From Octopus sinensis (taxonomy: Eukaryota): a DNA stretch of 64,000 nt. Below, piece by piece: positions 1-14,059 of the stretch. The notes under the pieces are model-generated. The model was not told where the DNA came from, ran no database searches, and saw only the letters and a list, made by a program, of their open reading frames with translations. Each line of letters starts with the position of its first letter. Positions within the stretch are counted from its first letter, which is position 1. The stretch is from assembly GCF_006345805.1 (NCBI RefSeq), contig NW_021824850.1:1-64000 (forward strand), written 5' to 3'. The translations under genes were made by a program, and so were the position numbers.

Positions 1-199
1 CACACATTCTCAGTTATATATATAGAGATTTATATATATACGCAAACATATACACACATATACGCAGGTATATGAATATGCATATATATCTATGCATATA
101 CATTCTTATTTTCATATACTTGAAATATCTAGCGATATTTATGCAATAATCATATAAAATACTCCTTTACTACGGTATCCACTACTGTAACAAAAACAA

Positions 200-800
200 C
201 GATCTTATACCAGAGTCAACAAGAGAAGAATCTCTATGATTACTGGGCTTGCTTGAAATAACAGTCAAATAACAATAAAATCACATACAATTTCTTGAAA
301 AAAGAATGGAAGCATTGAATATGGCCATTTTTTATGCACGAAAATGTCGGGATGCTCACACCTGGAAGAACGATACTTTGTATATACATTGGACTTATAT
401 AGCCATTAAATATTTCCGCTGTATGGTTTGTATAATCTTGAAGGAGCAGACTGAAATTAACAGCGACACCAGCACCCGTTAAATGACCGCAGGTATTCCC
501 CAGGTATCCAAATTGAGCGCTGAAAAGAATCTGCATAATCTTGGTTACGTCAGGTGGCTCGATGTTTCGGGCCCACATCAATCGAATGAGGCTAACCTCA
601 CCCAACAGACTTCCATCAGCGATTCATTGCAGATAGGTGAAATAAACGACACTGGTTTGAAAAGGATGGTGACTGGAACGAAAGATACCATCATATATAA
701 CAATGTGAAGCCCAAACGCTCATGCCAAACAACCACAAACAACCTCCTAGGTAGGACTTCACGCGAAGCAGTATGTGCTGCCGGCTTGGTGAGGGTAAAA
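200..800 (+). mobile_element. Heavily decayed non-LTR retrotransposon ORF2 fragment (RT thumb region, I/R1/LOA-like)
   Basis: One frame near 349-430 reads GMLTPGRTILCIYIGLI*PLNISAVW. This resembles the WGL.P....WIY..I.RP.L.Y...VW motif downstream of RT in LOA/R1-type LINEs. Many stops and frameshifts. Confidence 0.35.
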
Positions 801-1221
801 GGGTATTGCCGTTTATGAGCTTTTTCTCATCACTACAATACCTGACTGTTCACTTCTTTGTAGATGTGGCAGAAGCTTCAACGGTGGGAAGTTCCACCTT
901 GTGCTTTCAGGTTTCTACGTATTTCGGTTTCTTCTAAAGTCATTGAATCGATAGACTTTCAATACTGATGAGGATGTGAACTTTCGCCAGTTAAGACAGG
1001 AAATTACTGAGCAAAGAATACTAGATTTGCTTACAATAAAACAGCAGATACTGAAACGAAACTGTAGTTGTATTACTGATTAAATAAATCGCTTTGTGTT
1101 TTATTTTCACTTAAAACACCGAAAAGATTTTTAGCTAATTGATTATAAAGGAGATCACTTTGCAAATCAAAGGTGTAGTCACATAGCCATAAGATACACT
1201 TCACATAGTGTATTGTTGTGA

Positions 1222-1413
1222 TCCCCTTCGGTCATGACTGACCATGGGATTGCGCCTAGAAAGTTACTCTCCGAGGCACAAGTCTGGGCAAGGTTATTTA
1301 TGGAAGACTATCAGTCACCCATGGATACTGATCTCCCCTCTCCACGCCACCGATGTTACCCAAGGGAAAGACAAATGCCGATACAGCTTGGGACCAGTGA
1401 CGTCGTAGCTCAT
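1222..1413 (-). mobile_element. 3' part of a SINE-like interspersed repeat
   Basis: GC-richer block (ggtcatgactgaccatgggattgc...gacgtcgtagctcat) abutting the SINE at 1414. Recognised as a common octopus repeat; no coding capacity. Confidence 0.55.
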
Positions 1414-1695
1414 ATATTAACGTGCAAGTGGCTGAGAACTCCATAGACACGTGTACCTTTAACGTAGTTCTCGGGGAGATTCAGCGTGATGCAGAGTGTG
1501 ACAAGGCTGGCCTTTTGAAATACAGGTACAACAGAAACAGGAAGAAAGAGTGAGAGAAAGTTGTGGTGAAAGAGTACAGCAGGGTTCACCACCATCCCTG
1601 CCGGAGCTTTTGGTGTTTTTGCTCAATAAACACTCACAATGCCCGGGTTGGAGATTCGAAACTGCGACCCTATGAACGCGAATCCGCTGCGCCTC
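1414..1695 (-). mobile_element. tRNA-derived SINE (family A head plus gagaactacgttaag tail)
   Basis: Head region is homologous to 9067-9200, 16000-16175 and 33350-33513. Tail (ttaacgtagttctcggggagattcagcgtga) is the reverse complement of 31705-31760. Confidence 0.75.
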
Positions 1696-1698
1696 GAC

Positions 1699-1745
<47 letters not shown>

Positions 1746-1881
1746 AATATGGGGATTTAGTTCACAGGTGATTTAAACGACTAGGTAGGCTGGATAAGAG
1801 GTGTATCGGATTACCAGGGCTCCAAGATCATAACCGAGACAGGAGTCATGGAACCATGGTAGATTTCCGACATAGCGGATG

Positions 1882-2110
1882 TATAGTTGTTAAAGAGGAC
1901 AACAAACGTTGAGGAAGGATAGAAAATTCTCAAGTCATATACGTTATTAGTATTGGGAGAATTCAAAGTTTTACAGCTGTTTCTGGGAAATCTCAAAGTA
2001 TGGGATATCCCAGAAACAGCTGTAAGAGTTTGAATTTTTCCAATAATAATAACGTATATTCACTTGAGCTGTTTGCCTTACGTTAACGTTTGTCCTCTTT
2101 AACAATTATA
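1882..2110. repeat. Foldback inverted repeat (~110-bp arms), probably a PLE terminal-repeat derivative
   Basis: Left arm (tatagttgttaaagaggaca...acagctgtttctgggaaatc) pairs with right arm (gatatcccagaaacagctgt...tgtcctctttaacaattata); loop of about 11 nt. Confidence 0.85.
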
Positions 2111-2251
2111 TATATATATATAGATATATATATGTGTATATTATAGGCATATATATATATATTATATAATATATATGTGTATATTTATAGGCATATATAT
2201 ATATATTATATATATGTGTATATTTATAGGCAATATTATATATATATATAT

Positions 2252-2285
<34 letters not shown>

Positions 2286-2441
2286 CCATATGTGTATATA
2301 CATATTATATGCATACACACATACACATTCGAGTATATGTGATGCCTTCATTCTTTTCTTCACACAAATATTATTTCAAGGTTTCAACGATGTAACGTGG
2401 TTCGTATGTGGCAGTTACACACCACTACTTTGCTTTTGCAG

Positions 2442-2454
2442 TCAACAGACATGG
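2442..2454 (+). CDS. Candidate start-codon micro-exon (ATG G, phase 1)
   Basis: ctactttgcttttgcag|TCAACAGACATGG|gtaagt: polypyrimidine acceptor, ATG with G at -3 and +4, and a perfect GTAAGT donor in unique sequence. Confidence 0.35.
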
Positions 2455-3393
2455 GTAAGTAGCTTTACTTTTCCTCGCCACACGCTTTCTTTCCTGTCTG
2501 ACTGTCTCTCTTTTCCAGTCGTCCCGTTTGATTTCGCCTTAACAGAAAATAATAATTTCGCTTTTTGGTTATCTTAAATCGTAAAACGCGTTTAACCGAA
2601 GGAGAATACATTTAATAATCGTTATTTCTACAAGGTGAAAGGCACATACATTTTCCTTTACTGCTGCCACTATTAACACATTTGCCTTTCAAAGAAAATA
2701 TGATTATACATATTCTAGAACACATGTGACACATCTAACTGTAAAACACGGAAAAATATTTATATAGTTTTATAAAATATTTACATTCAATCTATTGATA
2801 TTGTATAATTAAACATTATTTTTTTTACTGTAACAATGTTGTATTTATAAACCTGTACTCACAAAACAGATCTTTGGTTGGCATGTAGAAAATAAAGGAA
2901 GATTGTTATATAAATTATCATCGTTATTTTCACTGCAAATATTTCTTTTATTTTTTAGATACAAATGCATTCATACGCATATACATACTTGTCTAAATAT
3001 CAAACTAAAAACAAACAAAAAAACTATAAGTTTTCAGTAAAGAGAAAAATCATGTAACATGTATTACAAGTTACATGAACATTTTCTTTTAATTTTAAAA
3101 GGAGAGTAAAAATATTGAAAATTTTTCTACAGTTCAACCTATGAAAATTGCAACATTCCTTCTGTCAATACTCCAGTGACAAACATTTGCTTCCTTTTTT
3201 TCCGAAAGCAGTTACTTTTTATAGGAAGAATTCAAATAATTCAAATAGAAATATGTATATCTATATGTATGTATGTATATATATATATACTATATATATT
3301 TATATTATATATCATATTATTCATATATATTCATATTACGTATATGTAATATATATGAGGTAAGTGCGCCTATATACATACGTACATACATAC

Positions 3394-3455
<62 letters not shown>

Positions 3456-4101
3456 GTATATACATATATAATATTCACTTACATACCTATAATCGCACCG
3501 CATATAGGGTATTTACAATTATATACACACAAGGCATATCTATATCTATCTATCTATCTATCTCTATATATATATACATATATACATGTGTATATGTATA
3601 CATATGTAAAATGTTGTATATATATATATATATACACACATACATATAGAGTTTTATATATACAGGGTTGACCAAGTGTCAGCCGACAGTAAATCAAAGT
3701 TCAATAGATATTTAATATTCAAGATTATTTAGTCATTCCAGTTATAGATCTTTAATAATTGAATGCAGTGAGTTAAGGTTACCAGTTTCGTTTTCCACAT
3801 TTCTCTACCTATTAGCGAATTCTCATATAAAATAGACGTTGTATTTTATCTTGGAACTAAATGGGCTTCGATTTACTGACAGGTGACTTTTGACAAAGTC
3901 TCTCTCTCTCTCTATATATATATACATACACAAACGAGTTGAATATATATATATTCCAGCTGTGTGTATATATATAGAAGATAGAAATATACATATATAT
4001 ACACACGGTGTGTATATATACATATGCATATATATATACATATATATACACACGGTGTGTATATATACATATGCATATATATATACATATATATATATCT
4101 A

Positions 4102-4137
<36 letters not shown>

Positions 4138-4289
4138 ATATATACGTGCATATATATATATATATGTATGTATGTATGTATGCAAGGTATATAAATATAT
4201 ATCCATGTTTTGCAATCAACTTGCTACCAAGGATGCGATTCTGCGCATAAAACCTGCGTAGTCTGAGATTTAAGGGACTGGAAAAGGAA

Positions 4290-4299
4290 GTATATATAT

Positions 4300-4347
<48 letters not shown>

Positions 4348-5128
4348 GGTGTGTGTGTGTGTGTGGTGTGTGTAATTATAATATATATATGTATATATAT
4401 ATATAAGTCTGTATGTATTATATATATGTTTATATGTATATATCTATATGTATATATGTATATATATATATATGTATATATATATGTATATATATATATA
4501 TGTGTATATATATATGTATATAATATGTATATATATGTATATATATATGTATATATATATATGTTTATATTATATGTATAATATAATGTACTATATATAT
4601 GTATATCATATTATATGTATATATATATGTGTTATATATATATAATGTATTATATATATGTATATATATATGTATGTATATATATAGTATATATCTTATG
4701 TATATATATATATTATGTATATCTATATATATATATATATATGTATATCTATATGTATTATATTATATCTGTATATATATATATGTATATATATATGTAT
4801 ATATATTATGTATATATATATGTATATATCTATATGTATATATATATATGTATATATATATATGTTCTATATATATATGTATATATATTATATATAATGT
4901 ATTTATGTATATATATATATATATATATACTATGTATATATCTCTATGTATATATATTATGTATATATTAATGTATAATATGTATATATATATATGTATA
5001 TATATATGTATAATGTTATATATATTATGTATATATATATGATGTTATGTATAATAAGTATATATATATAATGTATTTATATGTATATATCGTATGTACT
5101 ATATATATGTATATATGTATGTTATATA

Positions 5129-5178
<50 letters not shown>

Positions 5179-5310
5179 GATATATATATATATATTTATA
5201 TATATTATATTTTATATATATATTATTATATATATATATATGTATAATATATGTATATATATATGTATATATTATGTATAATATATATATTATATATATA
5301 TAAATATACA
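4290..5310. repeat. Compound (TA)n/(TATG)n microsatellite block
   Basis: About 1 kb of near-continuous TA-based simple repeat; source of the YI-repeat pseudo-ORFs. Confidence 0.95.
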
Positions 5311-6611
5311 GTATACGTACACGTCAGATATATGGAAAAATGATGTTTAGTTCGCAACAATAAACATATTTTGTTGATATACAAAATTATGCATATGTAC
5401 ATAGAGTAAAACATTCATATTGAAATACACAACAGAATACATGCAAAGTGAACCTACATGCACACATGTGCAGATACATACATACCTATTGACATACATA
5501 ATACATATATATATATCTGTCAACTTACATAACATTATACATAGATGCAGACAAATAAATACATACATACATGACGAGCAATTTGTCTAACTTCCAATTA
5601 AAGAAACTTGGTAAGAAAAAAGTCCAGAGAACAGATATTCGATTTACGTACATACTCTCGTTCATGCTCTCGTATATAAATGTATTATGAATTCATAGAA
5701 TTGAATATGCAACTCTATTTTTGTTATCTAAATTCAATGATGGATCTTTGTTTCTTAAGTTAGAATCTAGACCCTTCTTTAAAGGAAAAAAAATCTATAG
5801 ATTTAAAAACAGTGAAGGCATACGTAATTACGAGCTTACACGGATATGTACACTTACATACGTATAATCGCCCCCGTGTATACAAATTTATTGTACATCA
5901 ACAGACATTAAAAGCATGAGCATTATACATTCTGCCAGTAATATAAGGCTTTGAAAAATTTCCGAATTTCACAGGAAATATATTCGTAGACATGTGTGTT
6001 TTGGAAAGATTATTTGCAGATGAAACATCTAGTTCCAAACGGTCATTTAATGTAAATGAAATGTATCACATTCAAAGCTAACCTAGAAAAATGCAGAAAA
6101 ACGTTGGATAAAATAGAAAACTTAATAACGGTTTATATTGGAACATATTATCTATCTAGTCGAGTAAATGAAAATAAATGTAAAATTACGTAGACTTGGC
6201 ATATGAAGAAAGTATCATTTTATCAAACATTTTACTGAATATTAAATACTCATTATTATTTTAGATGTTTTATACAATATTATAAAGGATTCATATACAT
6301 GGGAAGAAAAGAAAAGAAAAAGAAAACAGATAATCGTAGAATTTATGTAAGCAGGAATCTACCGAGCATTTTTAGATATACATGTGAACATATGTATGCA
6401 ATATGTAATACTTAATATGTGCATATATTCAGGTCCACACATCTGCATAATCCATATGCTTACACACACAAACAACCACACACACACACACAGAGGTTCA
6501 CACAACACACGCATAAAGGCACAGACACAGACACTCGTTCGCAGGCGCAAGCTCACACACATATCTTAGTATTTTCGTGCACATGCACGCTTCTGAAATC
6601 TATGTATAATG

Positions 6612-6646
<35 letters not shown>

Positions 6647-6678
6647 ATAAATACACAAAATATAATAAGCGTGTGTAC

Positions 6679-6746
<68 letters not shown>

Positions 6747-7189
6747 CTATATATGTTATATATATTTATGTGCACATACAGACACACACGTACATATTTA
6801 TGTGTATGGAGATAGGTCGTATAAAAAGGTGGATATATTTATTTAAAACCCACACGCTTATATCATATATTGTAATTGTAGAAACGCAGAATATAGAATA
6901 TTCATGGAGAACATTATTAAACTTGTCGCAGCAGAAATGATGTTCTGCAAAATCGTATTCAGCGGTAGATAATGGTTAATCCAAACTTACATAATTAACT
7001 ACATATTGTGTATAAACTTACTTAAACACACAAGAACAACACACATATATTTTGTAAGTAATTGTATAAATAAATATATAAACACAAACATATTCATTTG
7101 TTTATAAACAGTCATGTGCAGATATCAAAGTGCTGAAGGAAAAATATAATTAAAATAAGAATACGTCATAGTGATTTTAATATACATAT

Positions 7190-7203
7190 ACATATAGGCA
7201 TTC

Positions 7204-7234
<31 letters not shown>

Positions 7235-7330
7235 TATATACACATATATATATATATACAATATTACATATATATATATACATATATATACATATATATA
7301 TATACATATATTATACATATATATATATAC

Positions 7331-7362
<32 letters not shown>

Positions 7363-7486
7363 CATACATATATATATATACATATATATATACATATATA
7401 TATACATAATTAATATACATATATATATATACACATATATATACATATATATATATACATATATATATATACATATATATATATAC

Positions 7487-7519
<33 letters not shown>

Positions 7520-7535
7520 CATATATATATAGACA

Positions 7536-7566
<31 letters not shown>

Positions 7567-7756
7567 GTATATATATATATACATATATATACATATATAT
7601 ATATATATATACATATATATTATATATATATATACATATATATGTATGTATATATATATACATGTACATACGCACGCATATGTAGAATGAATATATGACT
7701 AGCCACACATATATGCATGGAACATATGAATGTGTCATATACATACATACACGCCT

Positions 7757-7790
<34 letters not shown>

Positions 7791-7848
7791 ATTAATTAAG
7801 AAACATGTGAATAGTCACACATATACGTTTATAAAGATATGAATATGG

Positions 7849-7891
<43 letters not shown>

Positions 7892-7910
7892 CACATATAT
7901 ATGTATATAT
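7190..7910. repeat. Compound (TA)n/(TACA)n microsatellite block
   Basis: Directly visible simple repeat. Confidence 0.95.
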
Positions 7911-8586
7911 ATATATATCCATGTGTTGTATGTATATGTGCGTGGTTATAAATAACAGAATATGTGATATAATTTGTAAAATATTACATGCTGTGATTTC
8001 TTTTCATGCTGTACTATACAGGAATGAAACTGTGCACAGGATTTTAGAGTAATGTGAAAATAAATAGAAGGAAAAAAACACGAACAAAATAATATAGAAC
8101 ACCACATAAATATAAAAGGCTGTTTTCGAGTTTGATCGATATTCTGAATCCAGCAAATCTCTTTGCATCTATTAATATATGCAAAAGCTTAGCAAGCATC
8201 AAAGTTACTTGTATCCTTATATATTACAATGAAGTGCTTATCCGGCGTATGTTTGTGTCTAGAAAACATATTGACTAATTGTACATTAAAACATTGGCTT
8301 TCATAGCTTTATTCAAAAGAGCATTGAAAATTGATATTATTACAGTACGCATAAATGGTTTGTAACACAGGGAGCAAGCCAGAAATGTTTCAGTAGGAAA
8401 CCATAGAGTAAGTGTGGTATTTAACTAATTTACAATTGGAAAAATCAAGAATAGTTTCATGTTTTGTTTGTTATTCTTATCTGAATGTAGGCTTTCAGAA
8501 ATCACTTGTCGACATCAAAATTCTTGCCTCTGGAAAATCTCTTTTTAGGAATTGAAATTCTCCACTTTGTAAAGATAAGGATTATT

Positions 8587-8647
8587 TTGATGATGATGTA
8601 GTGGTGGTGATAATGATGATGACAACGACGATGGTGATGATGATGAC

Positions 8648-8690
<43 letters not shown>

Positions 8691-8700
8691 ATGATGATGG
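8587..8700. repeat. (ATG/GAT)n trinucleotide microsatellite
   Basis: Direct tandem GAT repeats; explains the poly-His ORF at 8502-8705. Confidence 0.95.
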
Positions 8701-9066
8701 CCCAACTGCTGGTAAGCATAATCCTTATTGTGAATATATAGGGCAACTCTAAGTGGTTGAAATCAGTTTCAGAAACTTTCTCAGTGGCAAGAACGTTGGT
8801 TTTGACGAGTGATTGCGAGTGCTATTTTAAAACTTCAGAAGCATTTCTTTGTTTATCACTAGACTTAAAAGAACTGGATATTGAGCGTTGTTCATGATTG
8901 TTGGCATTTTCACAAGTTAATATTTATTAAGTCTCACGGCAAATCTAGTGCCAAATCCATTTCTCTGAAGCATGATAATTCGGACCCACTAGGACAACAC
9001 CAAATTATCCCGTGACTTAGATGTACTGGATCAAATCTAACCAGTGCTATATATATATCAACAAAT

Positions 9067-9308
9067 GTGGAGGCGCAATGGCCCAGTGGTTAGGGCAGCG
9101 GACTCGCCTTTGTCGGATCGCGGTTTCGATTCCCAGACCAGGCGTTGTGAGTGTTTATTGAGCGAAAACACCTAAGGCTCCACGAGGCTCCGGCAGTGGG
9201 GGTGGGTGATCCCGTCATTTGAAGGCTAAAACAATGTGAAGCGCATTGTGACCAGCGATGTGTAGAAATATCAGACAGCGTGGTCGGTCACGGTGATCAC
9301 GGTGATAT
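9067..9308 (+). mobile_element. tRNA-derived SINE, family A (internally deleted)
   Basis: A-box-like tggcccagtggtt and B-box-like ggtttcgattccc. Tail ends in tandem cacggtgat repeats. Homologous to 15868-16175 and 33216-33513. Confidence 0.85.
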
Positions 9309-10305
9309 GAACAAATGATACAGCGTGTATTAATATAATTAACATGAAACTTACACATTGGTGAAATAATTATGAGGTTTTAATTAATTCAAATTATTTC
9401 TGTGAATTGGAGAAAGACCTATGGTCAATTTCGTTCAAATTTTAAGTAATTAAAATGGACTAATAGAATATGGGCAATGGTCGAAGTTTATACCTTACTC
9501 GCCAAATTAGATTTACTCCTTACTACTTTCTCAAATTGTAGTTTTTAATTGATTTAGAGGATGGTTCTGTGGAGTCTGCCATAGTCTTCCTTCAAAAATA
9601 TTTCCGTCTACAGTCATGTACATTATGTTTGCCTTATGAATGTATGTAGCACGAACTATTGCTGTGTTTTCTTTGAATAATGTCTCTCCAAACTGCTTTA
9701 GTTTCCTTACCTACGTTTTTGCGAACTTTTACTTTTAACCATCTTATAAAACTGAATCGAATTCATGTTGATGTAGATTATGACCTTATTTTCTTGGCTT
9801 ATCTAAATGATGTAATAAATTTGGTCGAGTATACGTATGGGAGATATGATCACAGATATGAACACATGATGAATGAATGCACTCCTGTCTGTCGTTTATA
9901 AATAAAAAATTTTTTTTCACTAAATACAGGCTGTTGGTTTGTAACTAAGAAAGAAAACTATTATTTAGATGAAAACAGTAGTAAAAAGTTACATGTTGAA
10001 GTTTAGAAAAATTTTGCATATTTTTACTATTCCACGATTGCATTTGCGAAATATCTATGAGATCGGTCTAGCTTTTAAAGATTGTTATTTAGTAGTTTAG
10101 TAATATCAAAAAGTCAACCCATGTGTTTTAATATAAATCTTAATTTATAGTCGTTGCAGCGAAATTGGTTTGTCTGTATAACTGCTTTCTCTCACAAATA
10201 CTTTATAAAGACAAGTTTACATTCGATGGAATGTACTTTGCATCTCTATAACGCACACAGAATTAATTTTTCAGCCACATTCTTTTTATTTTCTGTTCTT
10301 GTTAG

Positions 10306-10336
10306 GAAGCCACGGAACCACTCTGATCGAAGAAGG
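10306..10336 (+). CDS. Candidate 31-nt coding micro-exon (phase 1 to 2; G-SHGTTLIEE-G)
   Basis: ttctttttattttctgttcttgttag|GAAGCCACGGAACCACTCTGATCGAAGAAGG|gtatgc. Splicing to 2442-2454 gives the open frame MGSHGTTLIEEG. Confidence 0.4.
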
Positions 10337-10942
10337 GTATGCTGAAAGGCACTCCACCAGTGACCGTTTCGCATTTTTGTTTATCAGGAGCTTACTCGTC
10401 TAATGTGCCTGTTCCTTTTGAAGTCAGTGTCGTGATATTTGATGGTTATTTGTTTTGTCTCATTAGAAGCTCTTTTGTCTATATGTTCGACTGGTTGCAT
10501 TTGGCATGTGTTTTATTTGAATATTCCAGCAACATTCCAAGTGTTTGACTGTCCACATAGGAATATAAAACCTTAATGGAATATTTTGTGTTGATTTGAT
10601 ACGAGACACTTCACCAAAATGAGATATAATTGCCATTTTGGGTTGTAACTCGAGTGCTTACCTATGAATGCATATATGTAAAATAAATTCAGAAAAAAAT
10701 AAAACGAATTAGATGCAAATGATTGGCGTATCTAAAGTTATCGACCATCATCGTGAAGGAGGAACCAACAACAAAAAACACCGATGAACTAAAACAAAAA
10801 TATACACACGCACACGCACGTATAAATAGATAGATACATACATTATAAATATATATAAGAAAGAGGGAGATAAAAATATAAATAAAAAGAACAATAACTA
10901 AGAAAATATGAATACTATAAGTGAAGCTAGCTGATCACTTAC

Positions 10943-10969
10943 GCAGTCCTTCGTAACTCGGGTATTCAC
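10943..10969 (-). CDS. Candidate 27-nt symmetric micro-exon on the minus strand (phase 1: GEYPSYEGL; phase 0: VNTRVTKDC)
   Basis: Minus strand reads ttttgtcttctctccctctttag|GTGAATACCCGAGTTACGAAGGACTGC|gtaagt: long pyrimidine tract, perfect donor, length divisible by 3. Confidence 0.4.
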
Positions 10970-11125
10970 CTAAAGAGGGAGAGAAGACAAAATTCGTTTG
11001 ATTTGAAAAGTTCATTGACTAACATGTGAAAACTATTGATGTCAGCTGCGATGATACTTTGGTATTACGTATATACATACATACATATATATAGTAAAAA
11101 CTGATACACACATGTATATATATAT

Positions 11126-11396
11126 AGAGTTTACGAAAAAAACAAAAGACGAAGACATGTGGTATACAAAACAAACAGATAGTATAACGCTCAGGAATAG
11201 AAAAAGTCTTTTACGTTTCGAGCCTACGCTCTTCTACAGAAAGGGACACAGAAAAAACAAGGAGAGAAAAAGATATATATTTTCATATATATTTTTTCTC
11301 TCCTTGTTTTTTTTCCCTGTCCCTTTCTGTAGAAGAGCGTAGAAACGTAAAATACTTTTTCTATTCCTGAGCGTTATACTAATACATCTGTTTGTT
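11126..11396. mobile_element. Inverted pair of hammerhead-motif repeat copies (putative non-autonomous PLE terminal repeat)
   Basis: 11168-11270 is the near-perfect reverse complement of 11292-11396. Same family as the copies at 13080, 16245, 20120 and 57658. Confidence 0.8.
11208..11243 (-). ncRNA. Minimal type I hammerhead ribozyme-like motif (variant core CUGUAGA)
   Basis: Minus strand reads CUUU-CUGUAGA-A-GAGC(GUAG)GCUC-GAAAC-GUA-AAAG: stem I CUUU/AAAG, stem II GAGC/GCUC, GAAAC and a GUA cleavage triplet. Canonical A6 is replaced by U. Confidence 0.5.
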
Positions 11397-13047
11397 ATAT
11401 ATAAAGATAGATATGTACCTTCATGGATACAAACACAGAGGCACACACATATACGCACAACAGTTGAATTAAAGCGTATGGATTAGATATGTGATACTGC
11501 TGACAACTAGCCAAATAAACATCCCTTTTTTCTCGTTATTTTAAAATTTGGTAAACTTCTGTCAATAAATAATATCACAATGAAGCAATAATATACAATG
11601 AAAAGAGAAGAAACAAAGATGAACATAAACCCAAGAAACACAACAGAAAACGAACCAACAAATACAATACACATTCATATTGGATTTCATATAAAGTGAA
11701 GCAAGAGAGAAATAAATTTAGTACATGTATATTATTAAAGTAAAAGTACAATGCATAACCCTTTAGCTGTTAAGATCAAACGGTTTAACTGTGTAAATCA
11801 ATTGTGATGTTGCTCTCTCCATTTGCCTTCTGTTCAAATATGAGATTTTATTCCTTTGTAGTTTAAATCATTCCTTTTTCTGATGATGATAAATATATCA
11901 TACAGTCATCTCTTGTTCGAGTTCTTAATGTGCCACGTATTGAAGTGATGTGGAATATGTCGTATAAACAGAGAAATACGCCAAATCCGATTTCCTAGAA
12001 TGTATGTAAATATATACAGACACACATACATAGAGATATACGTCCTCTCATCTACTTTAACGAGTCGAAATTCCTGTATCTCACTCATCTCCGGCCCTCT
12101 CAATCTCTCTCTTTTTTCCTTCAGACAACGTCCAGAATTGGATTTACATATAAAAACGTGTATGTATTAAAGGATTAAAAGTGCAACAGCACTCATATAC
12201 CTGTAATATATGTTACATGTGATTCTTCAGAAGGTAGATTTTCCATAGTTAAATTCACAAGTTTTCAATTTCTATTTCCTCTTGCTTTTTCTATTTTTTA
12301 TAATTATTTATTTGTTTTCCCGTTTAACTATTTCATCTGTGACGACTTACATGTCATTTCTCTATATCGTTACAGCATTTTATGAAAGGAAATTTAATTT
12401 GGATCCCCATATTTTTTGCCTACTTAATTGATCCCAGCTCTCTTAAAATTCATTCCGTCCCTTTCTCTTTTATATCGCTCGTATTCTGCCACATTCCTAC
12501 CTTCATTCATATATTCTTTCTACTTCTTGGTTTCCTTCTTTCCAACTTGCATAACTCTTTCTTTCTTTCATTCTTCCTTCCTTCCAACTATCTTTTCATT
12601 TATTAATCTTCCTCCCCTTACTTCTTACCTTTCATTCATTTATTCATCTCTTCCTACTTTTCTTCCATTCATTCATTCATTCATTCATTCATTCATTCAT
12701 TCATTCATTCATTCATTCATTGTTTCTTTTTTTCTTTGACATTGTAGAATAACGATTTGTAAAAAGCCAAGGAACTTTCCTTAAGATGATAGAATTGTCA
12801 TTTTTGCATATTGTTTTTGAATACTGGATAGTCTATTTAACTGTGTATAATTTCATCTTTTAGACTTCGTGTGACAGTCGGAGAAGGTGACATCAGATCT
12901 ACGAAGTAAGACATTTCAGCATGCACAAGCTATACATTCTCAGAGACAGAGAGACAGAGAGACAGAGAGACAGAGAGACACACAGGTACACATATATACA
13001 GAGGCATGAGTATATATGCAGCGTGTGGATGTGTGTGTATGCATATA

Positions 13048-13079
<32 letters not shown>

Positions 13080-13080
<1 letters not shown>

Positions 13081-13228
13081 AGTTTGAATTTACAAAAAAA
13101 ACAAAACAAAAGACGAAGACGAATGTGTAAACAATAAACAGATGTATTAGTTTAACACTAGGGAAGTGAGAAAGTCTTTTACATTTCGAGGCTACGCTCT
13201 TCAACAGAAAGGAACACAGAAATAAGCA

Positions 13229-13262
<34 letters not shown>
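13080..13262 (-). mobile_element. Hammerhead-motif repeat copy (degenerate)
   Basis: Minus strand cctttCTGTTGAAGAGCgtagCCTCGAAATGTAaaag, with flanks homologous to 11126-11270. Confidence 0.7.
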
Positions 13263-13264
<2 letters not shown>

Positions 13265-13844
13265 GAAACAGGCTCAGTGGCTAGCGATCAATCATGGTGA
13301 AATATATATATATATATATAATATATGAAGAGACAAAATATGGACAAGCTCGTTTATATGGAGTGATATCTTTTATTTCATTTAGGAAGGGTGTTACAGA
13401 AACGTAACCATAAAAATTTTTATTGAGGGAAAAATATTTTTAGAAATATCTTTACAGCTGTTTCAAAAGTTCAGTCATTGGTTAATATCATAATGCATGT
13501 TACACAAATACGTAATATTAGAAAACAAACTAGCATGAGCCAGTTTGAAATCTGTGTAAGGCTGAATGCATAACATTGTCAAATTTCGGTCCCTAGTTTA
13601 GACACTAGCATGTATAAACGACATTATATTATAAGCAATAATCATCCAAATGGCAATTGCTAGGTTCTCTGAAATTACAGTTATGCATATCTCGTGTCAA
13701 ATTACTATTAGCGTTGCTGTTTTTAATGTCAATATATACATTCTTCTCCATATTATGAAGAATATTACCAATACTGTCAATGAAATTATTATTATCATGT
13801 TAGTATTAACATGAATATGACAACCTTTAATCTCTTTACTGATA

Positions 13845-13860
13845 AATGAAATTATTATTA

Positions 13861-13939
<79 letters not shown>

Positions 13940-14040
13940 AAGTAGTAGTAATAGAAGTAGTAGTTGTAGTAGTATTAGTAGTGGTAGTGGTGGTGGTGGT
14001 GGTTGTAATAGTAGTAGACGCGTTGTTACTGATAATGATA
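13845..14040. repeat. Compound trinucleotide microsatellite (ATT to AGT to GGT gradient)
   Basis: Directly visible; explains the poly-Leu/Ile/Val pseudo-ORFs. Confidence 0.9.
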
Positions 14041-14059
14041 ATTCCTTCTGGTAATATTC

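Noticed and set aside
8502-8705. Poly-His ORF (MGHHHNHHHH...)
   Set aside because: It is simply the antisense reading of a (GAT)n microsatellite.
9067-9135. tRNA-like sequences (also 29345-29420, 31549-31620 and family B/C heads)
   Set aside because: They have A/B-box-like motifs but no complete cloverleaf and continue into repeat bodies, so they are SINE or retroelement heads rather than tRNA genes.
12124-12170. Strong plus-strand acceptor (ctctctcttttttccttcag) at 12123
   Set aside because: There is no good donor downstream and frames close within about 15 codons; the pyrimidine tract is a CT microsatellite.
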